Assembly (NCBI RefSeq): GCF_044324875.1
Contig: NZ_CP172185.1
Length of the DNA: 64,000 bases
Direction: 5' to 3' (one strand)
Source of the DNA: Escherichia coli
GTDB taxonomy: Bacteria; Pseudomonadota; Gammaproteobacteria; Enterobacterales; Enterobacteriaceae
The notes under the pieces are model-generated. The model saw nothing but the letters and a program-made list of their open reading frames with translations. It ran no database searches and was not told the DNA's origin. Made by a program: the position numbers and the translations under genes. Positions 1 to 10,395 of this stretch are shown here, piece by piece. How positions within the stretch are numbered: position 1 is the stretch's first letter; every line of letters begins with the position of its first letter.

Positions 1-187
1 TATTCATCACGAAAATGTGATCTGTGCCGAAAAATATCTATTAACCGCCCCGTTTTGTTTTATACATGTCCGGACTACGGACAGATTTTAGTATTGTTGT
101 GAAATTATTCTGCTTTATATTTACCCTCAGAGATGGCAACTGAAGCTCTTCCACATGGGGCTTCTTAATCTGTGATAAGGGTAAAAA

Positions 188-1741
188 ATGCAAATGATTA
201 CCTCGCGACAAAACAGATTATTACGATTCCTTTTACCACGAAGGGAATATACGACTATTGTTACGATTGCCGGCTATTTAAATGTTTCGGAAAAAACCAT
301 TCAACGTGATTTACGTTTACTTGAGCAATGGCTGGAACAATGGCGAATAACCGTTGAGAAGCGTGCTGGCGCAGGTGTGATGTTAGACTCGAAGAATATT
401 ACTGATTTGCTGCATCTTGATCATTTGTTGGGAGCAGAATGTGAAGAGATTGATGGTGTAATGAATAATGCCAGGCGCGTTAAAATAGCGTCGCAGTTAT
501 TAATTGAAACACCGAATGAAACGTCGATCAGTAAATTGTCAGAGCGCTATTTTATCAGTGGAGCCTCTATTGTTAATGACCTGAGAGTGATTGAGTCCTG
601 GCTTGCGCCGTTGGGGTTATCATTGATCCGCAGCCCAAGTGGTACGCATATTGAAGGTAGTGAAGGGCAAGTCCGACAGGCAATGGCATTACTGATTAAC
701 GGCATTATTAACCATAATGAGCCGCAAGGTGTCGTGTATTCACGTCTGGATCCCGGAAGTTATAAAGCATTAGTCCATTATTTTGGAGAAGAAGAGGTGT
801 TATTTGTCCAGTCATTGTTACTGGATATGGAAAATGAATTAAGTTGGTCTTTGGGAGAGCCTTATTACGTTAACATTTTTACTCACATCCTTATTATGAT
901 GTATCGCAACACGCACGGGAATGCGTTATCCAGAGAAGAAGATCAAACCAGGCAATATGATGAAAATATCTTTAATGTTGCCAGTCAGATGATTCATAAG
1001 ATAGAACAACGAATTGCACATACATTGCCCGATGATGAAGTCTGGTTTATTTATCAATATATCATTTCATCAGGTGTGGCGATTGATGGACAAAAAGATG
1101 TTAGCATTATTTCACATATGCAGGCCAGCAATGAAGCGCGTCTGATTACCTGGCGTTTAATTACGGTATTCAGTGACATCGTGGACTGCGATTTTAGTGA
1201 AGACAGCGCATTATATGATGGCTTGTTGGTTCATATTAAGCCGCTGATTAACCGACTAAATTATCGCATTCATATCCGTAATCCATTGCTGGAAGATATT
1301 AAAGCAGAATTAGCGGATGTCTGGCGGTTGACGCAATATGTGGTGAATCAGGTATTTAAAACCTGGGGTGAGAATGCAGTGAGCGAGGATGAAGTAGGTT
1401 ACCTGACCGTTCATTTTCAGGCTGCGATGGAGCGGCAAATTGCCCGTAAACGTGTATTACTGGTCTGTTCAACCGGAATCGGAACTTCGCATCTACTGAA
1501 AAGCCGTATTCTGCGAGCATTTCCTGAATGGACGATTGTTGATGTTATTTCAGCAGCGAATTTATCACAGGTTTTGCCTGACAATATCGAACTGATTATT
1601 TCGACCATTAATTTGCCTACAGTCACTATGCCGGTCGCTTATGTTACCGCTTTTTTTAATGATGCCGATATTAAGCGAGTCACTGAAATGGTGATTACGG
1701 GAAAATTACATCATGCGACATCTCGGGTCGTTGAAATTTAA
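188..1741 (+). CDS. PRD-containing transcriptional regulator of a PTS operon (BglG/MtlR/LicR-like; N-terminal HTH, PRD region, C-terminal EIIB-like domain)
   Basis: 517-aa ORF; N-terminal helix-turn-helix-like segment; Cys-containing EIIB-like motif LLVCSTGIGTSHLL near C-terminus; sits directly upstream of EIIA/B/C genes; ATG at 188 preceded by a G-rich RBS-like stretch. Confidence 0.65.
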   Translation: MQMITSRQNRLLRFLLPRREYTTIVTIAGYLNVSEKTIQRDLRLLEQWLEQWRITVEKRAGAGVMLDSKNITDLLHLDHLLGAECEEIDGVMNNARRVKIASQLLIETPNETSISKLSERYFISGASIVNDLRVIESWLAPLGLSLIRSPSGTHIEGSEGQVRQAMALLINGIINHNEPQGVVYSRLDPGSYKALVHYFGEEEVLFVQSLLLDMENELSWSLGEPYYVNIFTHILIMMYRNTHGNALSREEDQTRQYDENIFNVASQMIHKIEQRIAHTLPDDEVWFIYQYIISSGVAIDGQKDVSIISHMQASNEARLITWRLITVFSDIVDCDFSEDSALYDGLLVHIKPLINRLNYRIHIRNPLLEDIKAELADVWRLTQYVVNQVFKTWGENAVSEDEVGYLTVHFQAAMERQIARKRVLLVCSTGIGTSHLLKSRILRAFPEWTIVDVISAANLSQVLPDNIELIISTINLPTVTMPVAYVTAFFNDADIKRVTEMVITGKLHHATSRVVEI

Positions 1742-1767
1742 TGTCAGAATTTTATGAGGTATGACGA

Positions 1768-2238
1768 ATGGACATAACAAAAATCCTGAATACGAATCGC
1801 GTTATTTTAGATATGCAAGCGACGAATAAAGCGGAGGCGATTGAAGAATTAACTAATCTTCTCAAAAAAGATGGTGCGATCGATTGTCGGGAAACCTTTA
1901 TTAAAGATGTCTGGCAGCGCGAAGCGGAAGGCTCGACTGGTTTTGAAAATCATATTGCGATCCCGCATGGTAAATCTTCTGCGGTAATTAATACCACGCT
2001 GGCTATCGGGCGTACCCGGCAGGATATTCCCTGGGAAACACTGGATGGCAGTAGCGTACGCTGTATTATTTTATTTGCGGTACGTCTTGAAGATCAAAAT
2101 ACCACTCATATCCGTTTACTTTCCCAGGTCGCGGGCGCGCTTGCAGATGATGACATCATAGCGCAATTGCTGGTTGAGACGAGCCCGCAAAAAATCATTG
2201 ATCTCTTTAGTCAGTATGCACAATCCGATGTCTACTAA
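1768..2238 (+). CDS. PTS EIIA component (fructose/mannitol type)
   Basis: 156-aa ORF with HIAIPHG phospho-histidine-like motif typical of EIIA type 2; operon position. Confidence 0.7.
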   Translation: MDITKILNTNRVILDMQATNKAEAIEELTNLLKKDGAIDCRETFIKDVWQREAEGSTGFENHIAIPHGKSSAVINTTLAIGRTRQDIPWETLDGSSVRCIILFAVRLEDQNTTHIRLLSQVAGALADDDIIAQLLVETSPQKIIDLFSQYAQSDVY

Positions 2239-2255
2239 ATAACAGGGAGTATATC

Positions 2256-2570
2256 ATGAATATTGTCTGTGTTGCCGCCTGCACGGCGGGTATTGCTCAC
2301 ACCTATATTGCTCGTGAAAAGTTAATTAAAGGGGCAAAAGCACTGGGCCACACCATTAAAGTTGAAACCCAGGGAACCATTGGTACAGAAAACGAATTAC
2401 AGGCGGCAGAGATCTCTGCTGCTGACGTCGTGATTCTTGCTGTGGATGTGAAAATAAAAGGAGAAGAACGTTTTACCAATAAACGCATTGTGCGAGTAAA
2501 GACAGAGATCGTCATTAAATCGCCCGTTCAATTTCTTGAAAAGGTCGAAAAATCACTGGGAAATAAATGA
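2256..2570 (+). CDS. PTS EIIB component (fructose-like)
   Basis: 104-aa ORF, N-terminal Cys motif VCVAACTAGIAHT typical of fructose-type EIIB. Confidence 0.7.
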   Translation: MNIVCVAACTAGIAHTYIAREKLIKGAKALGHTIKVETQGTIGTENELQAAEISAADVVILAVDVKIKGEERFTNKRIVRVKTEIVIKSPVQFLEKVEKSLGNK

Positions 2571-2594
2571 TCCTTATACTGGAGGGATCTTAAT

Positions 2595-3686
2595 ATGAAA
2601 GAAAATGAAATTCCGGTTTCACAGGAAATTAAAAAACATTTATTAACCGGCATCTCGTGGATGATACCCCTTATTGTGGCCGCCGGGATATGTATTGCGT
2701 TGGGGCAAGTTCTTGGCGGTACAGATGTTGGTGAAAAAACAGGAACAATCCCGTGGATGCTTAATCAGATTGGCGGCTGGGGAATGGGGCTGATTGTGCC
2801 GCTGATTAGCGCGGCAATTGCCTATTCTATTGCCGATCGTCCCGGATTTGCCCCGGGCCTGATTGTCGGCTTTCTCTGTGGGCAAATCCATACCGGATTT
2901 ATTGGCGGTATGTTGGGTGGTTTCCTGGTGGGCTACACCATTTTGCTACTTAAACGCTATATTCGCCTGCCGCAGTCGATGCAAGGACTCATGCCAATCA
3001 TGGTGTTGCCGGTATTAAGCACCATTATCGGTGGGCTGTTAATGATGACGCTGATTGGTAAACCCATCGCCTGGTTACAAGAAGCACTGATTCATTTGCT
3101 CGAGTCGATGCAGGGCGGATCGCGCTTCCTGATGGGGGCCATACTTGGCGCGATGGCAACCTTCGATTTCGGTGGTCCGGTCAACAAAACCATGTCGCTG
3201 TTTTCCGATGGCTTGCTGGTCAGTGGCGTCTACGGACCAGAAGCCGTGAAATTTGTCGGCTCAATCATCCCTCCGTTTGGCATCACACTTTCGTTCTTAC
3301 TGACACGCCATAAATACACCCGTGCGGAGCGCGAGGCGCTGAAAGCCGCGTTTCCGATGGGGATCTGCATGATCACTGAAGGAGTCATTCCGATCGCCGC
3401 GCGTGACCTGTTGCGAGTAGTGGGATCTTGTGTGGTGGCATCGGCGGTCGCGGGCGGCTTAATCATGGTGTGGGGCGTGGAGAGTCCGGTTCCACATGGC
3501 GGCATGTTTGTTGTGCCTCTGTTCACCCATCCTCTGCTGTTTTGCCTGGCGCTGGGTATAGGCACGGTGATTTGTGGCGTGATGCTTTCACTCTGGAAGA
3601 AACCGGTAACGGAACGCGACGAAGAGTTTGACGAACTGAGCGATCAAAAGCTGAAAGATGAAGAGATCATTTTCACCCTCGAATAA
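2595..3686 (+). CDS. PTS EIIC permease (fructose-like family)
   Basis: 363-aa hydrophobic, Gly-rich multi-pass ORF immediately after EIIA/EIIB. Confidence 0.7.
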   Translation: MKENEIPVSQEIKKHLLTGISWMIPLIVAAGICIALGQVLGGTDVGEKTGTIPWMLNQIGGWGMGLIVPLISAAIAYSIADRPGFAPGLIVGFLCGQIHTGFIGGMLGGFLVGYTILLLKRYIRLPQSMQGLMPIMVLPVLSTIIGGLLMMTLIGKPIAWLQEALIHLLESMQGGSRFLMGAILGAMATFDFGGPVNKTMSLFSDGLLVSGVYGPEAVKFVGSIIPPFGITLSFLLTRHKYTRAEREALKAAFPMGICMITEGVIPIAARDLLRVVGSCVVASAVAGGLIMVWGVESPVPHGGMFVVPLFTHPLLFCLALGIGTVICGVMLSLWKKPVTERDEEFDELSDQKLKDEEIIFTLE

Positions 3687-3697
3687 CCGGAGGCCCT

Positions 3698-4549
3698 ATG
3701 TTTGCCGATATGAAAAGTATGGTGATGAAAGCCTGGCATGAACATTACGCCTTGCTGGCGATCAACTGTATGAATCTGGAAAGTGCTCGCGCAGCTATCC
3801 GCGTGGCGGAGAAGAATCGCGCTCCGATCATTCTCAATCTCTATCAGGGGCATCTGGCGCATTTTCCTGCACCCGTCGCGGCGGCAGTGGTTAAAACGCT
3901 CGCGGAATCTGCCTCAGTACCGGTCACTCTGGCGCTTGATCATGGCAAAAATCCGGACTGTATTCGTCAGGCGTTTCGTGCTGGTTTCAGCGGATTAATG
4001 ATTGATGCTTCTGCTTTTCCCTTGGAGGAAAACGTGCGCCAGACCAAGGCGGTGGTGGAACTCGCCGCCAGCGCGCAGCTCTGCGTTGAAGGCGAACTGG
4101 GCCATCTGGCAGATGCGCCGCGTTACGACCAGGCCGCCAATGCAGACATGATGACGCAACCCACTGATGTGGAAGCGTTTATCGCGCAGACAGGCATTGA
4201 TCTACTGGCCGTTTCGGTAGGCACGGCGCACGGCATGTACGCGCCTGGTGTTGTACCTGCTATTGATTTTCAGCGTCTGGCGGAGATTTTCCACTGCTCG
4301 AGCGTGCCTCTGGCATTACATGGTTGTAGCGGTACGCCGTTCGATCAGCTCCAGCTCTGTACGACTCTGGGGGTAGCAAAAATCAACGTGGGGGCGGCCA
4401 TTTTTGAACGGGGGAAATCCGCGCTCCTGCATACCCTCTGTCACGATATATCCATTGAACTGGTGGACGCGCTGAAAGCTATGGAACTGGCCTTCGAAGA
4501 AGCGATTACACCGTATTTACAGGCGAGCGGCTCTATCGGCAAAGCCTGA
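3698..4549 (+). CDS. class II ketose-bisphosphate aldolase paralog 1 (FbaA/GatY/KbaY family)
   Basis: 283 aa; motifs LALDHG, GTAHGMY, LALHGCSG matching the zinc-ligand histidines of class II aldolases. Confidence 0.65.
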   Translation: MFADMKSMVMKAWHEHYALLAINCMNLESARAAIRVAEKNRAPIILNLYQGHLAHFPAPVAAAVVKTLAESASVPVTLALDHGKNPDCIRQAFRAGFSGLMIDASAFPLEENVRQTKAVVELAASAQLCVEGELGHLADAPRYDQAANADMMTQPTDVEAFIAQTGIDLLAVSVGTAHGMYAPGVVPAIDFQRLAEIFHCSSVPLALHGCSGTPFDQLQLCTTLGVAKINVGAAIFERGKSALLHTLCHDISIELVDALKAMELAFEEAITPYLQASGSIGKA

Positions 4550-4629
4550 TTCATTTTCTGTCATGGCCTTTATGCCAGTGCAATAACGCACCGGCAGGGC
4601 GGACTACACGCTGAAACTGGAGATTTAAC

Positions 4630-5490
4630 ATGTTAGTTTCGATGAAAGAATTACTGCAACCTACCCGCCAGCACGGCTTTGCCATTGGCGCATTTAATGT
4701 GGCGGATAACTGTTTCCTTCGCGCAGTCGTGGATGAAGCAGAAGCGACAAATACTCCGGCGATTATTGCCATCCATCCCAGCGAACATGATTTTGTGGGC
4801 GATGCCTTTTTCGCTCACGTTCGCGAAATTACCCAGCGTAGTCCGGTCCCGTTTGTACTGCACCTCGATCATGGTGCCTCTGTAGAGCATGTTTTGCGTG
4901 CGATTCGCTGCGGATTTACCTCAGTAATGATCGACGGTTCGCTGCTGCCGTATGAAGAAAACGTGGCGCTGACCGCAGAAGTGGTTCGCCTCGCTCACGC
5001 GGTTGGAGTGTCGGTTGAGGGTGAACTGGGAACCATCGGACAAACAGGAACGTCGGTAGAAGGTGGTGTTTCACAAGTGACCTACACAGATCCGGCGCAG
5101 GCCGCCGATTTTATTGCTCGTACAGGTGCCGACACTCTGGCTGTGGCGATTGGTACAGCGCATGGCATCTATCCAAAAGGGATGCAGCCGAAGCTGCAAA
5201 TGGACATTTTGCGCGACATTGCCGGACGTATTGATATTCCGCTGGTGCTACACGGTGGTTCGGCAAACCCGGACGCGGAGATTGCTGAATCAGTTACGCT
5301 CGGCGTCGGCAAAATCAATATCTCCAGCGATATGAAATACGCCTATTTCCAGAAAGTGCGTGAAATTCTCGCTAAAGAGAGCTGGTGGGACCCGAACGTC
5401 ATCTATCCGGATGCGATTAACGCGGCGCGGGAAGTCATTCGCCACAAAATGAAACTGTTCGGTTCGCTCGGTAAAGCATCACTGTACTAA
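4630..5490 (+). CDS. class II ketose-bisphosphate aldolase paralog 2 (tagatose/fructose-bisphosphate aldolase-like)
   Basis: 286 aa; motifs GAFNV, LHLDHG, GTAHGIY, LVLHGGS typical of GatY/KbaY/FbaA family. Confidence 0.7.
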   Translation: MLVSMKELLQPTRQHGFAIGAFNVADNCFLRAVVDEAEATNTPAIIAIHPSEHDFVGDAFFAHVREITQRSPVPFVLHLDHGASVEHVLRAIRCGFTSVMIDGSLLPYEENVALTAEVVRLAHAVGVSVEGELGTIGQTGTSVEGGVSQVTYTDPAQAADFIARTGADTLAVAIGTAHGIYPKGMQPKLQMDILRDIAGRIDIPLVLHGGSANPDAEIAESVTLGVGKINISSDMKYAYFQKVREILAKESWWDPNVIYPDAINAAREVIRHKMKLFGSLGKASLY

Positions 5491-5537
5491 GCCAGAAGGG
5501 CGGGGTGACCCGCCTTTTACGCAACAAGGAACGAGAT

Positions 5538-6470
5538 ATGCACTATCTGGGGTTGGATATTGGTGGGACCAAAATCGCCGCCGTCGTCATGGATGCGCAT
5601 GGCTGGGAGATTCGCCGTTACCGCTGCCCGACGCAAAAGTCGACATATCAACAATTTGTCTCATGCGTTGTGGCGTTTATCGAGCAGATTAGGCGGGACG
5701 TTCAACGACCGATGCTGACAGGGATCGCCTTACCCGGCAGTATCTCGCCACTCACTGGCCTGATTAAAAACGCGAATATTCAGGTGATTAACGGTCATGC
5801 GTTACAGGCTGATTTGCAGCAATTGCTTGGGCAACCGGTGGTGATAGCCAATGATGGTAACTGTTTCGCGCTATCAGAAGCTTGCGACGGTGCCGGGCAA
5901 GATTATGACGTGGTATTTGGTATTACGCTTGGTACGGGCTGCGGCGGTGGCATTGCCATCAAGCAACGACCGTTTATAGGGGCCTGGGGAAATGCTGCCG
6001 AATGCGGTCATATCACGTTGCCAGGCTATACGGAGCAGGAAGATGGTCCATCAGTCAGTTGCTATTGCGGCAAACACAACTGCGTGGAGTCGTTTGTTTC
6101 CGGCAGCGGTTTTAGTGAACGCTATCAACAGATGACTGGTAACTTGCTCACTCCTGCGGCGATTGTCACCCTGGCACAACGTGGTGATGCTTGTGCCATG
6201 CAGCAGGTGGCACGTTTTCGCCAACAGCTTGCCCGCACGCTGGCAACCATCGTTAACGTTGTTGACCCTGGCGTGATTGTGATCGGCGGCGGGCTTTCGA
6301 ATGTGGAACTGCTTATCACCGCTCTGAACGCAGAAGTTGCTCCACTGGTTTTCACCGATCAATTCACCACTCCCATTGTAAAAGCACAGCACGGCGACAG
6401 TAGCGGAATGCGTGGCGCTGCCTGGCTTGCTATGCGCAACGGAGAAGCCAATGAAACGTTCACAAATTAA
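5538..6470 (+). CDS. ROK-family sugar kinase
   Basis: ORF track 5505-6470; likely ATG at 5538 (MHYLGLDIGGTK) preceded by AAGGA; LGLDIGGTK ATP-binding motif and CYCGKHNCVE zinc motif typical of ROK kinases. Confidence 0.7.
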   Translation: MHYLGLDIGGTKIAAVVMDAHGWEIRRYRCPTQKSTYQQFVSCVVAFIEQIRRDVQRPMLTGIALPGSISPLTGLIKNANIQVINGHALQADLQQLLGQPVVIANDGNCFALSEACDGAGQDYDVVFGITLGTGCGGGIAIKQRPFIGAWGNAAECGHITLPGYTEQEDGPSVSCYCGKHNCVESFVSGSGFSERYQQMTGNLLTPAAIVTLAQRGDACAMQQVARFRQQLARTLATIVNVVDPGVIVIGGGLSNVELLITALNAEVAPLVFTDQFTTPIVKAQHGDSSGMRGAAWLAMRNGEANETFTN

Positions 6471-7131
6471 TTATGTTATTGATAAAGCACATGCCATTGC
6501 GCAGACCTTCCGCGTTTGTTTGCCAGAGTTCGCCTATTTTACGGTGGATGACTGGCTGCAGCGGGAACGGGATAACTGGCAAGAAGTGGTCGACTTACAG
6601 CTCGGTTGGGATATCACCGATTTTGGTCGTGGTGATTTCAACCAAACGGGACTAACACTGCTAACGATGCGCAACGGCGCGCTGGGGGCGGCGGCATATC
6701 CAAAACCGTATGCTGAGAAAATGTTGCAGATCCAACAAGATCAGCAGACTCCCTGGCATTTTCACACCCACAAAATGGAAGATATCCTCAATCGGGGCGG
6801 TGGAGACTTATGCATGCAGTTGGCCTGGGCCAACGAAGCCAATCTCTGTGATGATCAGCGGGTTATTACCGTGAGTGTTGATGGTCAGCGGCGTGCCGTG
6901 AAACCTGGTGAAACGCTGGTGCTAAAGCCGGGGCAGGGCATTTGCCTGCCGCCGCGTCTGTATCATCGCTTCTGGGCGGAAAAAGCGTTTGTTCTCGGCT
7001 GGGAAATTTCGATGGTAAATGATGACCAACATGATAACCATTTTCTTGAGCCGGGAGGACGTTTTCCGGCGATAGAAGAAGATGAACCGGTGAAATGGTT
7101 ATTGTGTAGTGAGTATGCTGTTTTGCGGTAA
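6451..7131 (+). CDS. cupin-fold sugar isomerase (D-lyxose/D-mannose isomerase-like)
   Basis: ORF track 6412-7131; likely ATG at 6451 (MKRSQINY) preceded by GGAGA; HFH..H...E-type cupin metal motif (WHFHTHK, LYHRFWAE); overlaps kinase 3' end by 20 nt. Confidence 0.55.
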   Translation: MKRSQINYVIDKAHAIAQTFRVCLPEFAYFTVDDWLQRERDNWQEVVDLQLGWDITDFGRGDFNQTGLTLLTMRNGALGAAAYPKPYAEKMLQIQQDQQTPWHFHTHKMEDILNRGGGDLCMQLAWANEANLCDDQRVITVSVDGQRRAVKPGETLVLKPGQGICLPPRLYHRFWAEKAFVLGWEISMVNDDQHDNHFLEPGGRFPAIEEDEPVKWLLCSEYAVLR

Positions 7132-7133
7132 TA

Positions 7134-7170
7134 GCGGGGACGCTAACGTTGATATCCGTTAGCGCCCGCG
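7134..7170. terminator. palindromic hairpin between convergent cupin isomerase gene and yicH (putative bidirectional terminator)
   Basis: inverted repeat CGCTAACG / CGTTAGCG with flanking G/C-rich arms, 3 nt after the stop codon. Confidence 0.4.
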
Positions 7171-7173
7171 TAT

Positions 7174-8883
7174 TTACTGCACCGGCTCCGTCGATGTAAC
7201 TTCGCCACTGGAAACGACGCCTGCATTCATGGTTTGAGTCACTTGCTGCTTTGTGGCGTTCATGGCATGCAATTGCCCGCTAACCGTAGGTTTCAGCGGG
7301 ATATTGGCCTGAATATCGCCGCTGGCGGTAAGCTGAATATTGCCGTCGCCAGTCAACGGTAATTCAGGCCATCCCCACTGTTGCAAAATATTCACCGGCA
7401 CACCGCGTCCATTCAGGCTGATATGGGTCTGACGTTGTGGCGTTTGTGAAACACTGGCGGTGGCTTCCAGAATGCCTTTTTCAGTAAATGCACTCAGTTC
7501 GCTGATATTCACCGTGCTGCTGTTGGCGGTCAGCGCCAGCGATGGGCGACGAACATCAACACGATTGAATGTCGCGGCGGCGGCATTCAGATTCGCCGAA
7601 CCACTCCAGACGCCCCATTTATGATCGGTAACCAGCGTCAGGTTGGCACCGTAACCATCGAGCGCGGTGAGCTGCCACGGGAAGTCAGGGTCGATATCAA
7701 TGATCAGATTGCGGCTGGCGCTAAATCTCTTCAGTTGCAGGCTGTTTAACCAGCCGGGTGTCGTTTCCATCCACAACTGTTGCCAGTTTTTCGGCAAGGT
7801 ATATTCCAGCCCGGCAATTGCCGCATCATCAAGGATCAACGTTTTCCCGTCACGCAGCCAGTTCCCTGACGTTCTGACCATGCCCCCTTCCCAGCGGCTG
7901 GTGAACTGGCGCAGCGCTACGCCCTGCGGGGAAAATTCCGCGTTTATAATCGGGTCAAATAAATGCAGCGAACCATAAATGAACTCGCTGGCGTTCATCG
8001 ACAGTTTGCCTTCCTGTGTCTGCCAGTCATCTTTACTGAAGGTCATGTTGCGCAAGCTGAGATCGAGGTCGGTCACCGCCCAGTCCGGACCTTGCAGACG
8101 AGCGTCAATGACTTCCAGGCGACCAATCTGCAACGACGGGACAGAGCGTAATGGCGCAAAGAAATCGGTTAGCGATTTTTCGCTTTGTAGACGGATATCC
8201 GCCATGCGCAGGTTTTCCACTTGCCAGCTGCCGTCAGCGTTACGCTGCGCGTTTCCGGTTAATGTCCCGCGGGCGATGTCGGCACCCAGGTTAGTCAGCG
8301 TAACGCGATCGTTATCAATACTGCCTTCAATCAGTACATTGGTGGCAGGAACATCATTGAGCGAAAGCGATCCGGCACTAAACTGAATCTGCGCCTTCGT
8401 ACCCAGCACTTTACCGGCTTCTGGTGACCACGGAACCACGCCGCCATTTACCCGCTGCGCGCTCAGTTTCCATTCGCTATTCGGGCTATTAAACGCCATC
8501 TCACGCAGTTGCAGACGATCGGCTTTGAACGGTAGCGGCGCGGTCTGGTCGGTGAGATTCAGCGTCCCGTTTTCCAGCAGGATGGTATCGACATGGCGTG
8601 GTTCGGTCAGTTGCCGACTGCTTAGCGCAATGTCGACACTTTTTGCCACCAGGGTCGCGGGCTGGCCATCACGGCCAAACGTGACGTTCTCCAGCACGAT
8701 ATGAGATGGCGCGGAAAAACGGTGATCCATCGCCCCGAAGGCCAGATGATAGTCGCTATTCTCGGAAACCCATGCGCTGATATGTTCTGCTCCCCAGCGG
8801 GTTTGCAGAAGAAAATAGAGGCCAGCGATCACCACTAACAGAGCGATGAAAATGTAGAGAAGCAGCTTCCCAATAAATTTCAT
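7174..8883 (-). CDS. yicH: AsmA-family protein YicH
   Basis: ORF track 7174-8907; start placed at internal ATG giving MKFIGKLLLYIFIALLVV signal-anchor N-terminus; long ORF recognised as YicH. Confidence 0.8.
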   Translation of the reverse strand: MKFIGKLLLYIFIALLVVIAGLYFLLQTRWGAEHISAWVSENSDYHLAFGAMDHRFSAPSHIVLENVTFGRDGQPATLVAKSVDIALSSRQLTEPRHVDTILLENGTLNLTDQTAPLPFKADRLQLREMAFNSPNSEWKLSAQRVNGGVVPWSPEAGKVLGTKAQIQFSAGSLSLNDVPATNVLIEGSIDNDRVTLTNLGADIARGTLTGNAQRNADGSWQVENLRMADIRLQSEKSLTDFFAPLRSVPSLQIGRLEVIDARLQGPDWAVTDLDLSLRNMTFSKDDWQTQEGKLSMNASEFIYGSLHLFDPIINAEFSPQGVALRQFTSRWEGGMVRTSGNWLRDGKTLILDDAAIAGLEYTLPKNWQQLWMETTPGWLNSLQLKRFSASRNLIIDIDPDFPWQLTALDGYGANLTLVTDHKWGVWSGSANLNAAAATFNRVDVRRPSLALTANSSTVNISELSAFTEKGILEATASVSQTPQRQTHISLNGRGVPVNILQQWGWPELPLTGDGNIQLTASGDIQANIPLKPTVSGQLHAMNATKQQVTQTMNAGVVSSGEVTSTEPVQ

Positions 8884-9003
8884 GGTCTTCCATCCCGTGA
8901 AATGCACATAAGGGAGTTATGCACGATTTACGCGCAATCCTCAAGGCGGGAATGGTGAAAGAGGTGAGACTGCGGCGGTAATTATCTTACCGCCGCCAGT
9001 GAA

Positions 9004-10395
9004 TTACTGTTTTTCTGGTGGGAAAATCAGATTCAGCACGATGGCAGTAATACCGCCCGCGGCGATCCCGGAGGAGAGCAGGTTTTTCAGCCACTCAGGG
9101 GCAAACTGCAAAATCAGCGGCTGCTGAGAGACGCCCAGACCAACCGCCAGCGACAGCGCGATAATCAGAATCGCCCGACGGTTCAGCGGCTCACGAGACA
9201 CAATGCGCACACCGGAGGCGGCGATGGTGCCAAACATTACAAGTGTTGCGCCGCCCAGAACCGGTTCTGGAATATGTTGTACAAAACCGCTCACTGCCGG
9301 GAACAGACCCAGCACGATCAACATCAGCGCGACGACAAAACCGACATAGCGGCTGGCAACCCCGGTCAACTGGATCACTCCGTTGTTCTGCCCGAAGCAG
9401 GAGTTCGGGAAGGTGTTAAACACCGCCGAAACAAACGAGTTCAGGCCGTTTGCTAGCACGCCGCCTTTCAGGCGTTTCATGTACAGTGGACCGGACACTG
9501 GCTGTTCGGAAACGTCAGAGGTCGCCGTGATATCGCCAATGGTTTCCAGTGAAGTGATCATAAAGACCAGCATCAGCGGCAGCAGCAGACTCCATTCAAT
9601 GCCAAGACCGTAATAGAGCGGCGTTGGCACCATAATCAGTTCTTGCGTCATCGGTTCGTTGCTTTCTGGCAACATGCCCATAAACCACGCCAGCGCATAT
9701 CCGGCCGCCATCGCAATCACCAGTGAGGCCACGCGTAAGTAAGGGTTACGTTGACGGTTAAGCAGGATAATTAAGGCTAAGACCACGCCTGCCAGCAGCA
9801 GATTTTTCGGTGCGCCGAAGGTGTTATCGCTCATGGCTGCGTAACCGCCGCCAATGGATGTTAGCCCCACCTGAATTAGCGACAGGCCGATAATCATCAC
9901 CACAACGCCAGAAACCAGCGGCGTAATAATGCGGCGCGCCAGATGCAGAACGCGGGAGATCACCATCTCGGTGCAACTTGCCAGCATCAACGTGCCGAAC
10001 AAAGCCGCCATCATGGTAGGAACATCAGCACCACCGGTTTTCAGCGCGGTACCGCCCATAATCAGTGGGGCAACAAAGTTGAAGCTGGTGCCCTGAATAG
10101 ACAACAGCCCGGAGCCAACCGGACCCCAGGCCTTAATTTGAATAATCGATGCCACACCGGAGGCAAACAGCGACATACTAATAATGTGTTGCGTGTCTTG
10201 TGCCGGTAAACCCAGCGCCTGGCAGATTAATAGCGCTGGCGTGATCACCGCAACGAACATCGCCAGCAAATGCTGACAGGCGGCAAACAGAGTTTGAGGA
10301 AGCGGCGGACGATCTTCAAGACGGTAAATCAGTTCGCTGTTTTGAGTCTGCGCAACCGGTTGCGCATTTTCTGACTCGAGGGTGGAAACAGACAT
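9004..10395 (-). CDS. xanP: xanthine permease (NCS2 family)
   Basis: ORF track 9004-10404; start at [12 protein letters not shown]; nucleobase transporter, multi-pass membrane protein. Confidence 0.85.

Noticed and set aside
1-187. Possible CRP site (TGTGATCTGTGCCGAAAA) upstream of the PTS regulator
   Set aside because: Only the TGTGA half matches; the second half-site does not fit the TCACA consensus
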